NCBI GenBank assembly: GCA_026914245.1
Contig: CP110439.1
Location: 930,001-994,000 of the forward strand
Source: Puccinia triticina
Taxonomy: Eukaryota
DNA length: 64,000 bases
Direction: 5' to 3'
Below, piece after piece: positions 35,811 to 49,149 of this stretch (position 1 is its first letter; the number at the start of each line of letters is the position of its first letter). Made by a program: the position numbers and the translations under genes. Under the pieces are notes generated by a model, which saw only the letters and a list, made by a program, of their open reading frames with translations, made no database searches and was not told the DNA's origin.

Positions 35811-36668
35811 CCCCCCCCTCTCTTCATCACATGGTCTGAGCATTCCCTCTTCTTGATTTATTTATCCACCTTCCTTCCTCATCACTTTGCCTGAGAATTC
35901 CCTCTCCTTGAGTTATTTATCCATCTTCCCTCCTGGTCTTCATCCATCCGCCTATAATCTATGCCTCTCCTTCTAATACACCCTGTACCATGCCAACCCT
36001 TCCTGTTGCTCGTCGCCTCACTCACTTTTCACCCACTCAATCCACCTGATACCAAAAGAAAGAAAGAAACCACCTACTGCTGCTCACCTATTTATTTCGC
36101 TATGTACTTGTATTATTTAACTTGACTTTACTTTTTTTGCTTTTCTTCCAGAATGCTGGCATGCGAAAAGATCATCTGTGTACTACCTACTCATACAACT
36201 ACACGGGCCCAAATTATTGTTGGAAATTTTAATGCTTAATTTATTCTCTTTCTTGCTTCTCTATCCCAAGCTCCCAACTCCGATCGAGGGGGGTTACATG
36301 ATACGTATCCGAAGGAAAGGCGGACCCAAGTTTTCAAGACTCAGTTTCTGTACACTCCTGTTCGCACAACAAGACCCTGATGTCTTGGCAATTATGCAAG
36401 CTGATCACACAAGACCAGCTGCTCCTCGGATCAATACATCCAGTATCCGCCGAACACATTGGTGCAGCAAGATCATAAAGGCAACCTATTCATGGAAGTA
36501 CATGATCTGTTTCTTTCAAAACATCTTCTCTTGTACTCTCACTTTCAGGCAAAACTCAATCCCATAGAAGTTAACTCTGTTAGTGTTTTTCTGCTCCGCT
36601 GTGCTGATATGTTGCACCAAAACCATGCTAAAGAGTATTGAAAGTAGATTGTTTGCCACAGTTGCAGT

Positions 36669-38404
36669 TAGGGAAGATAATTGGGCGGGCTCGGGCCGCC
36701 CATGGGCCGGTGTGATGAACAAAAGTGGTCCCTGCGTAGAATTGGCAGGACCTCGCTGCTCCAAGATGATTCCCAGGTAAAGTTGGCTGATCTGGGGAAA
36801 CTCCGCTGCGCAGCTCCACCGCGTTGTAGGGCTCTGAGTGTGATAAATAAAGTAAAGCACGTAAAATAATAAGGCTCTGCAGACGTAAACTGTAAAATAA
36901 AACTCCGCCGCATAATTTACCATAAAGAAGATAACTCCGCCACAAAACTCCAAGAAAACAGCCATAAAGCATGCACAACCATAACACATAAAGCAAGTCT
37001 ACAACGTAAAACTCCGCTCCACAACATACAAAAAGTAAAAGAAGCACAACAATCCACCAAGTAAAGTCAAAACCGTAAAAAAGAGTCTGTGGGGAGTATG
37101 ATGCAGAATCGTCCCTCTCCCACCGGGGTTTTATAGAGAAAAGGAAGAGAACTAAGAAATATCCTCCGCCCGCCTCCCACGCACGCCATCTGCTAACTCC
37201 GTTCACATGCACACACTTGTCATCTGCCAAGCGCTATACACACACACATGTCATCCGTCAAGCTCTGCTCTCACGCTAACTCCTTTTGTCTCCGCTGCTT
37301 GCCTTTGACCACCATCAAACTCCTCTCCCTAGCTTCCACGCCCCTGTCTAGCCTATGATGTGAGGATCACACATGCCGCCCTTTTGGCTGCCACGGCTTC
37401 CCCCAATCACCACCTCCGCTAGCCAGTCTGTGCTGGCCTGCTCAGTTTGAGTCCAGTTCCGCCGTCAAGCTCCATGTGCCGCCGCCTTCAGCTGTGCACT
37501 CTGCTCGTGCTCTGTGGACAATTTGACATGTGTTCCAGAATTGATCACCACACCGGCCTGGCTCAGCCTGGGAATTTAGTGGACAGGCCGGGCTGGGCCA
37601 GTTCCTCTCAAATGCCAACCCAACCCAAACCCGTTTATGACTTGGGCTGCCCACAGGAGGCCAGCGGGCCCCAGCGAAAATAAATAAATAAAGAAACAGA
37701 AAAAAAAGCTTTTGAAGAGTTGTATTGCCTTTCATCCCTGTTTGATATGTTTCTACTTTATAACCAGGGAGGGGCAATGAAAAAACAATAGAAAAATTCA
37801 TAGAAATTGAAAAATATCTAACTACAAGGTTGCCTGCTTGGCCGCTGGCTTGAAATTCCAATTTCAAAGAAAATGATGTTAGTTGACTTGCTGGAAGTGA
37901 GGGGAGATTCAGGAAAGCACAAAGAAACTGACCTATTATCTTGGAGAAGTGCACCCAAACCTCACTGGTGAGTTTTTGCTTCTTTTACTGGCTCTATTGT
38001 GATTTTCTCTGGCTTTCCGCAGGTACTGTAGTCTGAATTTGGGGTATATCATTGGTTTCCTTGGCTTGCAAATTTGGTCTGGCAGTCACCAGTATGTTGA
38101 TTTCCTTGCGGTAGACCCTGCCATGTTGTCAAGAGTTGAGGGTGGCCGCCAAAAAGGCCAAAGTTGGTGGTTGCACAGGTTAACTACCTTGGCAACTTGC
38201 TGACTCCTGATCACATATCTGCTTGGGGGTCCACCCGGTGAATATAGGGGGGGTGGCCTGACGGATGCCCGGTGGGCTACCCACCCCGCCCCGACTAATT
38301 GCGTGGGTCTCTCAGGCCGGGCCAACATTGAAAGATTCCCCAACATGCTAGCCCAAGCCTGGGCCAAACCCTGACGGGTTTGGGGGGCCTGATTATCATC
38401 CCTA
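36669..38404. mobile_element. Non-autonomous hAT element
   Basis: TIR TAGGGA(A/T)GATAAT; 8-bp TSD GTTGCAGT (36661-36668, 38405-38412). GC-rich subterminal repeats. Confidence 0.88.
36711..37371 (-). mobile_element. Probable solo LTR nested in the hAT element
   Basis: TGTGAT...ATCACA ends; minus-strand CTATAAAA box followed by a T-rich tract. TSD not matched. Confidence 0.55.
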
Positions 38405-39415
38405 GTTGCAGTGTACCAAAATGCCATGTTATAATACCTCTGGTCATCACATTGTGTGTTGTCACTCCATACCCATCATCATTCATCATCAACACTGTGT
38501 ACTTAGCTCACACTGCCCGCAAGCAGGTGTTGAAATACGGATTTCGCTGCACTGACGTTTTGCCAGCAACACAACCACAGTGACTGCAGCTACTTGTGCA
38601 GTCACACGCAAGAAAACATCACCCTGACAAGATTCTTGCTTTGTCACCTCCTTGCAGGCTGTGTCAATGGTTAGAGAATCACTCCTACAAGTTGATCAGG
38701 TTGAGGGTTTGATTCCTTCAGTAAGCAAGTTTGTGGATTCAACCCTCACATCTCTCAAAGTTGTCTTTTCCCATAGTTCAATAAAGAGTGCTGTAAAGCA
38801 GCATAGCCACCATTTTTACAGCCTGAGAAGCACTACCACATTCAAAGCACTACAGTTCAAAGAGAACCACATTTAAGACAGACTCAAACGAGTTCAATGT
38901 TGAAGCTGTATCTCTTCCCTCTCTCTTCACCAAGCTTGGAGGCCATGGTTGGATGGCACTTTTCCTTACACTGTGCCAGACTATTGTTGGCAAATCCCTG
39001 AGATTTTCACTGCAGCAATTTTTTGATATTGCAGTTGGTGAAAGTGGATGAGGGATGATTAAGCTTGATCATTGTGCAACTATTTTCAACCCAAATTTTG
39101 ATGAAAATGTTTAACAAGCCGTGAGATGAAGACTTCAGCCTCACACACAAGTGGAAACGGGTTCTCAATCAGGAGAAATTTGTTTAACCAAAAGAGGGCC
39201 AAACTGTTTTTGTGTTTTGCTTCATTCCCAGATTTTGTTTGAGAAAGAAGAAAAACAAACATCAGACCAGAAGTCAAGCTGCAGTAATAAGCTGGGAGTA
39301 AGAATGCATTTTTTTGCTTTAAAGGAGGGACATGCATCAGTCTCAGATCATTCAGGAAAAAAACACGTATCAGATCACGTTCATTCACATAGCAGGTGTA
39401 GAAGTATTTGTATAT

Positions 39416-41062
39416 CTAGACAGCTTTTGCTGGGAAACGGTGAATTTTGTGTCTGTGTTTCAAATTCAGGTTGCGAGCACTGTTAGGAGCGAGTTCGGTG
39501 GTGTGGCCAGATTCTTGTTTGATACTTTCAAGCTGGGATAGGATCTCCGTCTCGGAAGGCAAGTGTTGAGCGTCAGCAGGCACATCGTTGATCTTGTTGG
39601 TGCCATTCCAAAGCTGGCGATCCTTCTGGAGGACCAGGTGGGAAAACGCAGCCTTGTAGGCGGGGGTTTGCTTCCTTCTAAACTCCAGATCCCTGTCAAT
39701 CTCCTCCCAGAAGCGCGTGTTCCTACGCTGGCGACGATGGTCGTTCAGTTGGAATCTGAGGTAAGCGATTCGAACTTCGAACTGGTGGTTAACCTCGGGG
39801 AGGCTCTTGATGTACTCATCGGACTGGTGCTCCATCGTGTAATCCATCCTCCGAAAAACATAGATTACCAACTGGTCGAGTGTTGGCATCGGCCTGAATT
39901 GGCCCGGGGAGATCGGATGCGTACCCTTGAGGATTACATCAGCGAACATGGTCTTTTCGCTCTGCAGGAGTTCGCGGACAAGCTTCATGAGATCAGGAAC
40001 CCATGTGTCGCCGGGTAAGGTTGCGAGGAAGGCTTGCGATTGGGCGTCGATGATTTCCTATAAGTATCGACCCGCGCAAATTCAAAGCAAAGACATCAGT
40101 TTGAATAGTATACAACGGACAAAAGAGCACAGTTCTGACAAACCCGCATGATCATTACAGGTGCCTTCTCGATATGCCTGTGGCCGTTCCACCGGCCTCC
40201 TGTGCGTCCGTATGCTTCGAGATCAGGCCGTAACAGGATTTGGCCGAGGTGGCCACGTATGAATTTTCTCAAGGCAGGGGGGTATTGGTCTCGTCGCTGC
40301 AGGTGCGGTGGCACCCACGCCGGCTCGGGAGAAACGGAGGCCGGTTCGATCGGCTCAGTCGGCTGATGCGAATTGTGTAAGAGGAGCATCAAAGTTGGCC
40401 ATCGATCGGCTTGGGGGATCTGAGCAGAGAAATGTTTCAACAATGAAATCCCTCTTTCTGGCCAATGACTGCCTTAACAACGACTTACATCAAACAACCT
40501 CTCTGCTTGAGCATAGACCTCATCGCTGATTCCGAGCCCTCTTTGAATTTCCCTCAGTCTGCGGTCCCTGCTGACGGAGTCGGCGGACAGATTCGGTTCA
40601 CCGAGATCCGTACCGAATAACCAGGACATGCCCATCCCGGGTGAGTCGGTTTGGTGGGCCGATGAAGCTTGGTGAGCCAGCCGAGAGGAGGGGTTGCGCT
40701 CATAAGGCGAGAAAGGGCTCGGCGGAACGGCTCTGTTCCTCACCGGACCGGCGGTGCTGCTCTGCAGAGGTCTGGCGTGATTCACATTGCCGGCAGTGAC
40801 TGGAACAGCTATTTGTTGGTTATGTTTTCCGCAGCTGTTAGCGTAGAGAGGTCGCAAACGTTCCACGTCAAATACAGGGCTTACTCGCTGATGTTTGCGG
40901 CTTTCGATCCTCCGGAGGATGTCCGCCGTGGCCTGAGGGAATGTTATGATGACTTGCTGAATTCGCAAGTGTATTCTGAGACTCGGTGATAGGTGGGCCA
41001 AACCAGTGATCCAACTCCAAGGTTTGCTCAAAAGTCCTGAGTTCGGGCTTGGATTTATTCAT
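39416..41062 (-). CDS. Four-exon hypothetical protein, probably transposon-associated
   Basis: Four consecutive minus-strand ORFs are joined by GT-AG introns (MNKSKPEL...; ...ERLFD; IPQADRW...VMIMR; EIIDAQ...RIAYLRFQ...FWEEIDRDLEFRR...DRQLWNG...AKAV*). The gene lies just inside a terminus-like repeat at about 41.5 kb. Confidence 0.7.
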
Positions 41063-41504
41063 GATGGGCTATGAGCTTGCATCCAGCAACAATGAAACGA
41101 TTCAGAAGGCTTGATAGAGGAGATTGTCCCCAAGTGATGCTGTCCAACGACGAACTTGAGGGACTGGAGGCGGTTTGTAGAGGATTTTCTAACGAACAAA
41201 GCTTGTCAGGACAAAGGATCTTATATTTATGTGCACATAACACCTGCAAGTGCAGAGTCGAGGACTCGAGACTCGATAGATCCGGTCGGCGATTCATAAA
41301 AGCTCTTCTGATGTGCTTTTCAAATTCCAAATTGAATATATGGTTCACACCAGTTCATTCCCGGCCAGATGCCCTTCAAATTGGTTGAGGATCGGTTGGT
41401 AAGCGGTTGGGGAAACCAAAAAAGACGTACGGCAAAACGTTTTGAAATCATTTTCTGGTTGATGTGGTTCTGAAGACCAAATTGGTTGGAGAGTGGTTTC
41501 TGGC

Positions 41505-42255
41505 GAATTAGCTAAATCCCTCGATTGGAGGCGCGCGAGCACTGTTGCAAAGCAACTCTCCGAAGGAGGGACTTACGCAGTAGGCAGCAGAAGGGTGTTT
41601 TGCACGTTTTGTTATGTCTTGTCCTGTAGCAGCTACACAAATGTACTTGAGGCCAAGTGAGCTACCTCAAAAGATGCGCAAGAAGCATGGCTCTCTGCTA
41701 ACATTTTTTATATATTTTTAACAACCAAACCTGATTTTTAAACAATTATCCAACACAAGACATCTGACTGCCTTCTTGCAAGTGCTAGCAGTTGTTTTAG
41801 TGCATGTTTTTCTGAAACCTGACAGCTGAACACCACCTTCTTGATAATCACATGCATTGGGTTGCACATTTGTATTGGTCTGTCAGACTCGAGGGATGTT
41901 GTACATAAGACCATCTTTGGCATGTGTCAAAGTATGGATTTACCCAAGGACCTGTGTTAAGAGCGCTCACAAATTCCTGATTTCCCTTTTCAGATTCAAA
42001 GGTAGAAATAGAGCACCACTGCCTCAGGGAGGTGGCAGGTGGAAGGGCAGATGTAGGCGGACAATTCTGTCTCCTCAGATTTTCAATACCTTTTACCTGA
42101 GTCAAGATATAAACAGTTGAATTGTTTGAAAATTTTCCCCAGCCAAATGGGATTTCTGCTGCCTACTGTTTTGTGAGGTAGGGCATAAGTCCCTCCTTTG
42201 GAGGGTTGCTTTGCAACAGCGCTTGCGCGCCTCCAATTGAGGGACTTAGCTAAGT
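41505..42255. repeat. Pair of inverted, outward-facing transposon-terminus-like repeats (about 41505-41580 and 42183-42255)
   Basis: GC(G/A)TAAGTCCCTCCTT(C/T)GGAG(A/G)GTTGCTTTGCAACAG..CT.GCGCGCCTCCAAT.GAGGGA.TTAGCTAA is present on opposite strands. Each copy is followed by GGAACCAA/TTGGTT subterminal motifs. Confidence 0.8.
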
Positions 42256-43631
42256 TTGGGTTTTTGGAACCAAATTGATTGGAGAGTGGTTTGTGGAACC
42301 AAGTTGGTCTAAATTTGGTCCCAAAAACCATTTTGTGAGAGAATGAGCACCGTGCCCACAGCAATTTGGTTTTCAGAACCTATCTCAGAACCTTTTTCCA
42401 GTTTTCCCGATGTTGTGTGATTGGTTCTGGAAACCAAAATGGTTGGTGTAGAGGTTATCAAAACCAAAAACCCAGAACCAATGGAAGTTCCCAGAAATAT
42501 TCCTTGGAACCATTATGACATGGGCAGGCAGTTCTGAATACTGACAAGTAAAAAGATTTGTGAGGATGGTGTTTGCTCTCCCAACGTTTCCAAGCTGCGG
42601 GGAGCATGGTAACCACCACGAGTTGACAATTGTGATCTCGTTCTACAAGGGTCAGTGATTGCTGGCCCAGCCAAACAGACCCAAATCCCCAGCCCCAAAG
42701 AAAGGTAAGCCCCTTTTTTTGAACCAGACCCAAAAGCACACAAACCATAAGCTAAAAAATATCACCACATTGATCTTAGCAGCGGAGCAGCCAGAAATAA
42801 CCTCAGTGGTCACAGCAAGCCAAACAGAACAGACAAAGCCCAGAACCCAGTACGTACCCAAGACCAGGAGACAGCAGTTCTTACCCCAAGACTGACCAAA
42901 CACATTCTGTTACAGAACTCTTGCGGAATGGCTTGGATCCCAGAAAAAAAGCAGACCTGCTCGCCAGGATCACAGAAGCAATGGAAAACCATAAGCCACT
43001 CAACCCCAACTCAACACCAGAGCCATAAGAGAAACAAAATAAGTGAGCTAGCTCACACAAACCTCATTTGTCTAAGCAGCTCGAGACTCAGTGGTGTTGT
43101 TGGGTCAAGACAAAACCAAGCAGCTCAAGACTCAGCGGTGTTTTTCCATCAAGACAAAACCAATCAGATTGAGATTCAGCAGTGTTGTTCCGTCAAGACA
43201 AAACCAAGTTTAATGTAAAGTATTTGTGCTTAATGTATTTAATATTTAGTTTATAATGTACTATAATATTTAAAACTATACTATTTTGATGCTGTTGATG
43301 GTTGATTGATCTCACCACAACGCACAGAGATTCTTGTTCTCATTCTCTTCATCTTCTCATCTACAAACCAGACCAGAACCCCAGCCAGCAGGCTTTTACC
43401 TCTCTGCTTTTGTGAGAATGCACACCTAGGTGAATGGCATCAATTTCATAAATTGAGAGAGATGCCAGGATCTCAATCAGCTGCGGACAAAGGTAAGCAA
43501 AAAGCAAACCTTTTCCGCAGTCCAAGACTGTGCAAGAGAAGTTGAAAAAACTGATCCACCTCTGGTGCATGCAGGTACAACATATGCAAGCCAGAAGCCT
43601 AGGCTCGAGGATATTCCCAGCTCCAAGACAC

Positions 43632-44216
43632 TTACGACGGCGTTGAGCGCGCGTCGGCGGTTGGTTGTTTTTGAGGGATTAAGTGGAAAGACAGGGAAGG
43701 GAAGAAGAGGACTCCAGATGATCAATAAGATTCAGGATGGCGCTATGGAGGGCGTCGGATAATCAACAATAAACTCTGATGGATTCCTAATTTGGGATCA
43801 GCCAGGTTCCATGCCCCCCTTCCTCTGAGTTCGTGGGCGAACTCAGACTCCAGGGGGCGCCGCGGACTGCGGACCCGTCATCACGCCCCGCACGCGCACA
43901 AAGACAAAACAAAACAACACAAAACCACAAGCAGGCTACAAAAGAGAACAAACCAAACCCTCCCCACTGAGCCCATCCAAAGCGCGCAGTAGAGAAAAGG
44001 AAAATAAAACAGAGGATCCATGAAAAAGAAAACAACAACCTGAGAGAACAAGCAGAACAAACAAAGGAAAGGGTGATCCTGAACACGTCTTGAAGGCGCG
44101 ACGCGCGCCGCGTCGCAAGATCTTGAAAGGAACTGAGTCTTGAGTCTTGAAGCTTGAATCCTGGGGCACCTCGACCAGCCGCGCGCCAGCGCGCAATGCT
44201 TTGAACTGAGTCTACA
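43632..44216 (-). mobile_element. Solo LTR (minus orientation) related to 45738-46320 and 54729-55381
   Basis: Starts TGTAGA on the minus strand. Shares the tcaagattcaag, T-rich and CCTGGAGTCTGAGTT...GAACTCAGA...CTGATCC blocks with the other copies. Confidence 0.65.
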
Positions 44217-46320
44217 TCTGTACCATGCGGCACACCACATCGTCCATTAATCAGATCCGCACAGCTCTCATCAAGAGTGATAAGATGATCACTACACTGG
44301 ATCATCGCTTCAAGCTTCCTCCTCTCCACAATATCCGCTCCGCCATCGACGAAGTTATGAAAGGCCAGATTGCCTTGACTTTCGAGCCTTCTAGATCAAC
44401 TAACCCTGTCCCTTCGCCGCCGTTCAAGGATGCGAATGAAGTCATGCGGAAAATGGAAGCGGAGCGGCGCCCAACAAACAACGTCACTACCGCTCCGCAG
44501 GCCCCGGCAACCATTGATGAGATCACCAGGATGCTCCAGTCCTTTGAGCAGCGCCTGATGGAGAAGTTCGCGCTCTGCCCTCCGCCTCAGTCCTCCGCTC
44601 CACACACGGCTCCGCCCTCCGCAGTGCGGCAACCATTGATCTGTTACTACTGCCATTTCGAAGGCCACGGGACTGGCCGATGCTTCGAGCTCCAGAAGGA
44701 CAAGGAGGATAAGCTTGTTGAGCAGAAGGGTAACAACTACTTCCTCCCAAGTGGTGCCCTGATCCCTTTTGATCCTAGTCGACCGATCCGCCGCGTGGTG
44801 GCCTCCTTCAAGGCATCACACCCGTCTAGCATCTTTGTTTCCGCGCCATTCAGGACTGGTTGCGGAGCTCTTCACCCGTGGTATCTGCCAGCTTCTCCGA
44901 CTCCGCCGCCGCCTTGTCACCCAATCCGCAGGCAAGCAACGCCAGATTCATCCACCCCTAGTTCTCCGCCAGGTTTAGCTCCGTCTCCGCAAGCAGTAGA
45001 TGCCATTTTTGAGAGTATCTCTGCTCTCCTTGTTCCCAATCCCGCCGCTACCGCTCCGCCCATTGCGGTCAATAGAAAGAAGAAGATCCCGTGCCCCTGT
45101 TTGGATTCCCGTCAAATCAAAGTGAAGCAAGATCAAGATTTTCCCGCGACCCTTTCTAGTTCCAGTTCTGAGTTTGTTCCTAGCCACCAGCTCTGCCAGC
45201 CTGCAGAGATTTCGATTCCGCCATTCCGCCTCCGAGATGAGGTTAAACTATCTTTTCCAATCCGTGCTTCCAATCAGCTCCGCAAAGAGGTTAAACTATC
45301 CAATCCTGATCCAATCTCTGATCCTATTCCCGCTCCTTGTCCTCTGATCTCTGTGGACCGTCTCCGCTCTTCTACAGCCGTTCTCCGCAATGAGAGTAAA
45401 CTAGTTCAACATGGTTTGGATGTGTTGGGTTTTGGTTTTCCGCAGAGGCAAAATGGAGTGCAAGTAAGTCCTCCCAATTGTGCACCTCCGGGGCTTGATG
45501 CCACTTTAGCTGTCAAAACTCTACCCTGTGCCACATTTGTGAGCAATTCTTGATCCCTTGGTTCCTCCGCTTGTTTAGGCCAGCTCCTTCAGTTTCAAGA
45601 TCATCTCCAAGAGCCCCGGACTCCCTTCTGGTTCCCATTCTTTTAGGTTTTTCTTTCAGTTCAACTTTGACTCAGCATATTTCTATTTCAAGAGAAGAGG
45701 AGAGCAGTCTAGGGACAGACTGCAAGTTGGGGAGAGATGTGGTGAGCAAAATGGTACAGACGGTCTACAGTTCAAGATCCAGATGAAGACTCAAGATTCA
45801 AGTGATCAGTTATCAAGGTCAAGACTTCAAGATTCTCCATCTCAAATCTCAAGCTCAAGATTCAAGATGTTATGATTGATATTGATGATTGTTGTTGATT
45901 TTTCTCTCTGTTCTTTTTTATCCATTGCACCCATCCTCTTATGTTACTCTCCTCATTTTTCTATGTATGTGGTTGATCTTTTCTTTGTGTGTGTTTTGTT
46001 TTGTTTGTGTTGTGGAGCTTGTTTGTAGTTAGGGATGTGATGAACATGTCTGTGACATGTTCACTTCCTGGAGTCTGAGTTTGAAGTTCGAACTCAGATG
46101 ATGGGGAAGCATGGCAGTCTTCTGATCCACAAAATACACCATCAAGATTCTCAGATCCTTATCCTCATCACCTCATCAGATGCTTATCAACCCTCAAGAT
46201 CCTCATCAGCATCCCTCTCCAGATCCTCAACCCCCAAACCCGCCAACAAGTCTCACTGACATTGTTGTTCAACTCCCTTTCTCTGGTTTTCTCAGATCTC
46301 ATTCATCCTAGGACCTCACA
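44217..46320 (+). mobile_element. 5'-truncated gag-only Gypsy-like element with PPT and 3' LTR
   Basis: ORF 44225-45553 has a CCHC knuckle (CYYCHFEGHGTGRC) and no pol. Purine tract GGGGAGAGA is immediately followed by an LTR, TGTGGTG...CCTCACA (45738-46320). Confidence 0.7.
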
Positions 46321-47112
46321 GGAAGGCAGGCTCATCACCACTTTCCCTTCCAAGCACTGCCTACCGCCTGGCACAGCAGGAGTTCCACAACAATGAGGAA
46401 GAAGAAATTGACCCGGAAGACTGGAACGATGTTAACTTTCAAATGCGCAAGTTATGATACAAACACGGCGGTATTCATCAACCCGTTGGATCCCAACAAG
46501 TACGTTGTGGTCACTATGAATGCATGTCAATAATGGGCCATGTGTATTGTGAGCTATTTGAATGTTTGGTCTATTTTTGTATATTTCTTACTGATCTATC
46601 TGCGTTTTTAGCTTGACCTTGATATGCCTGGAGTTAACTTGACATCCCCCCCAAGAAGTTTGCTACCTTACTGCATTTGTGGAGCAAAGAAGACCAAACT
46701 AGCCGATGCCAATCCACCACAACCGTTGCAATCCAATTTATCGTTGCAACAGTTTATAGTTGAGGCCATCACAGCAAATGTAGGATCATTGGTGGCCAAT
46801 GCCAATGTGGCATCATCATCACAGCCATCCACTCACATCGGGCCTGCGCCTCCTAGTCCTCCAGCTCCGTCTTTGGATAGTAATCCCGAGTTGAATCCAC
46901 CGATTCTCGAGTACTTGCAGTTTTTACAACTCAGAGACGTATCAATGGTTCACAAAATCCTCATAGAGAACGAAATCATTTCCCACAAGTACTTCCGCCC
47001 TGGATCTTCCCTCTCTCGTAATGAGATCCGTCAATTTGGCTTGACGGTAGGCGTAGTTACAGCTTTGGTTGATAACGTTAGTAAATACAATCAATATCTA
47101 GCTAGAAGATAA
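46321..47112 (+). pseudogene. Remnant of a spliced hypothetical gene with a short helical (SAM-like) C-terminus
   Basis: DPEDWNDVNFQMRKL*...INPLDPNKYVVVTMNACQ*WAMCI, then an intron, then PGVNLTSPP...LEYLQFLQL...GLTVGVVTALVDNV. Contains stops and is disrupted upstream by LTR elements. Confidence 0.55.
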
Positions 47113-47496
47113 TTTGTACAACTCGCTTGTGTGTCTATCTATCCTGTACTAGCGTGTGTGCATGTGCACTTTGTCTCTGTTGGTTGGTTCTCTGTCTCTC
47201 TTCAATGTCATGATACACATTGTCTCTGCTGGTTATATTTCTCTCCAATGTCAGACTTCTCTCTCTCAACTCACAGGAGCCAATGATTTGGACTTAAGAA
47301 AGTTGTAACATGGATTGGTGCTATTCCTGGAAGTCATGAGCGTAATAAAATACAGAAATAAAAAAGAAACAAACATGGAAACATGGAACAGTGAGGGAAT
47401 ACTCAGAGGTTATGTGGAAATACATTGGAATACGGGAAGACTATTCCCAGAGGTCATGAGGAAAAACAGGCAATACATGAAAAATAGGAATACATG

Positions 47497-48461
47497 TCAT
47501 ATCAGCGGGGAAGGGGTAGCCGGCGTTGCACGTCTTCCACGCTGCGCAATATATTTATAGTCCTGTTTGTGATCATATTCTCGGTCATTGTGCCGCTCAA
47601 GACGTCCAACACCTTCACATAAGGCTTGCGCGACGCCAATTGGAAAGCCAAGACCTATGAGCTCGGCCTCGCTTGACGCTCGGAAGAAAACCCAGTGGTG
47701 GATGCCCAAGGACGCTGACACCAACGTGGTTGTGGATGACACCTTCTGCCCATTCGCTGAGGTGTTCATTCTTCACATGCATGACTTGCCGCCAATCGAA
47801 TGGATTAACAATAGTTATCCCTTGAGGACCGACTGCTGACGCATAGCTCCGGATGGTGTCTACAACTCCGTTCAGGAGAGTCTTGCTAATGCTCTCAAAG
47901 GTCATCTGTAAATAAATGAAATCATTATCAGATTATGAGAGCGGACACTGACACTGATGAAGCAGAATCACACGGTCAGAAACTTACCTTATCTCCTGCT
48001 GCACAGCTTGGGTTCTCTATCACAAGCTCCAGGTTGGTACGACCGGTGTAATTTTCATACGCTGCATTGGAGAAGCTGACCCAATTTGCAGCGCCGCCAA
48101 TTGTGGCCCTTACAACGCGGTCCTTATGGTTCATAATGGACGCCACCCACTTGATCCTGCGCTTATTGTGAAGGTCGAGTATAAGTTGGTAAACATCATT
48201 GGTTGGGTCTCCCGACTTCAAGTGAGTCAAGACCTGTTCTTGAAACTTAGGCCAGGTCAAAGACACGATGTCTATGACTAAAGGTTCCAGAACCACAACA
48301 GGAATGATTTTTGTCCAGTTTTTGGAATGCGGGAGGAGTGTGCGGGTGGGACTGATCATGCCGGATATTTTTGAGACCTCCATGTAGAAAAGGTAGTCAA
48401 TGTTGAGGGGCGATGGACGTGGTACTTTAAACATAGTTTGCGACTCGTCAGAAGAGCTCAT
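47497..48461 (-). pseudogene. Second, convergent member of an apparently similar family, with a frameshift or internal deletion
   Basis: MSSSDESQ...GDK, intron, ...IVNPFDWRQVMHVKNEHLSEWAEGV...GVS, then a frame switch to LGIHHWVFFRASSEAELIGLGFPIGVAQALCEG. Confidence 0.55.
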
Positions 48462-48639
48462 TTTGTATTGAGTGATGGATGGAGGAGAAGTGAAATAAGA
48501 GGTGGATGAGCGAGTGGGAAAGGGAAAATAATACCAGCACTCAGCTCCATTTATGGTGCTCAATCATACCCACAATGGCAGGCAGATATACCGACAAATA
48601 TCACTGCGCCTTGGTGACCAATGTCATTTTTCTCATGAG

Positions 48640-49010
48640 TCTTTCAATTGGCAAGAACTCACAGCGCCTTGGTGACCAATGCCATTGTTCTCATTAGTCT
48701 TTTGAATGGCGAGTAGATATCAATTTGACAATATGGACCGTACACTTACCTAGACATAGACCGTACCCTCACCGCTAGAGCTAGACATAACTCTCACATC
48801 TTACCGATCATATTTTGCACTCATGAGTCTTTTGATGGGCGAGAACTCACAGCGCCATGGTGACCAATGCCATTGTTCTCATTAGTCTTTCAAATGGCAA
48901 GTAGATATTGATTTGACCACATGGACCGTACACTTACCTAGACATAGACCGTATCCTCACCGCTAGAGCTAGACATAACTCTCACATCTTACCGATCATA
49001 TTTTGCATTC
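48640..49010 (+). repeat. Tandem duplication of about 188 bp
   Basis: agaactcacagcgcc...catctt accgatcatattttgca is repeated at about 48654 and 48842. Confidence 0.9.
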
Positions 49011-49149
49011 CCTTGGAGACAAGACTGACTAGATTGCACAATACATGACATAATCAGATTGATAGTTTACATGACAACGAGATAGAGAGATAGAGGACCA
49101 GATGAATAAAACACAAAAAGTAAATAAAGCCAAGGAACTACTGGGGATA

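Noticed and set aside
32610..35856. Many long overlapping and antisense ORFs
   Set aside because: Expected shadow ORFs of a GC-rich coding sequence; no independent motifs.
43632..46320. Gag ORF flanked by inverted long repeats, resembling a DIRS element
   Set aside because: The right repeat is a normal 3' LTR after a PPT, and the left is a diverged related LTR in opposite orientation. No tyrosine recombinase is present.
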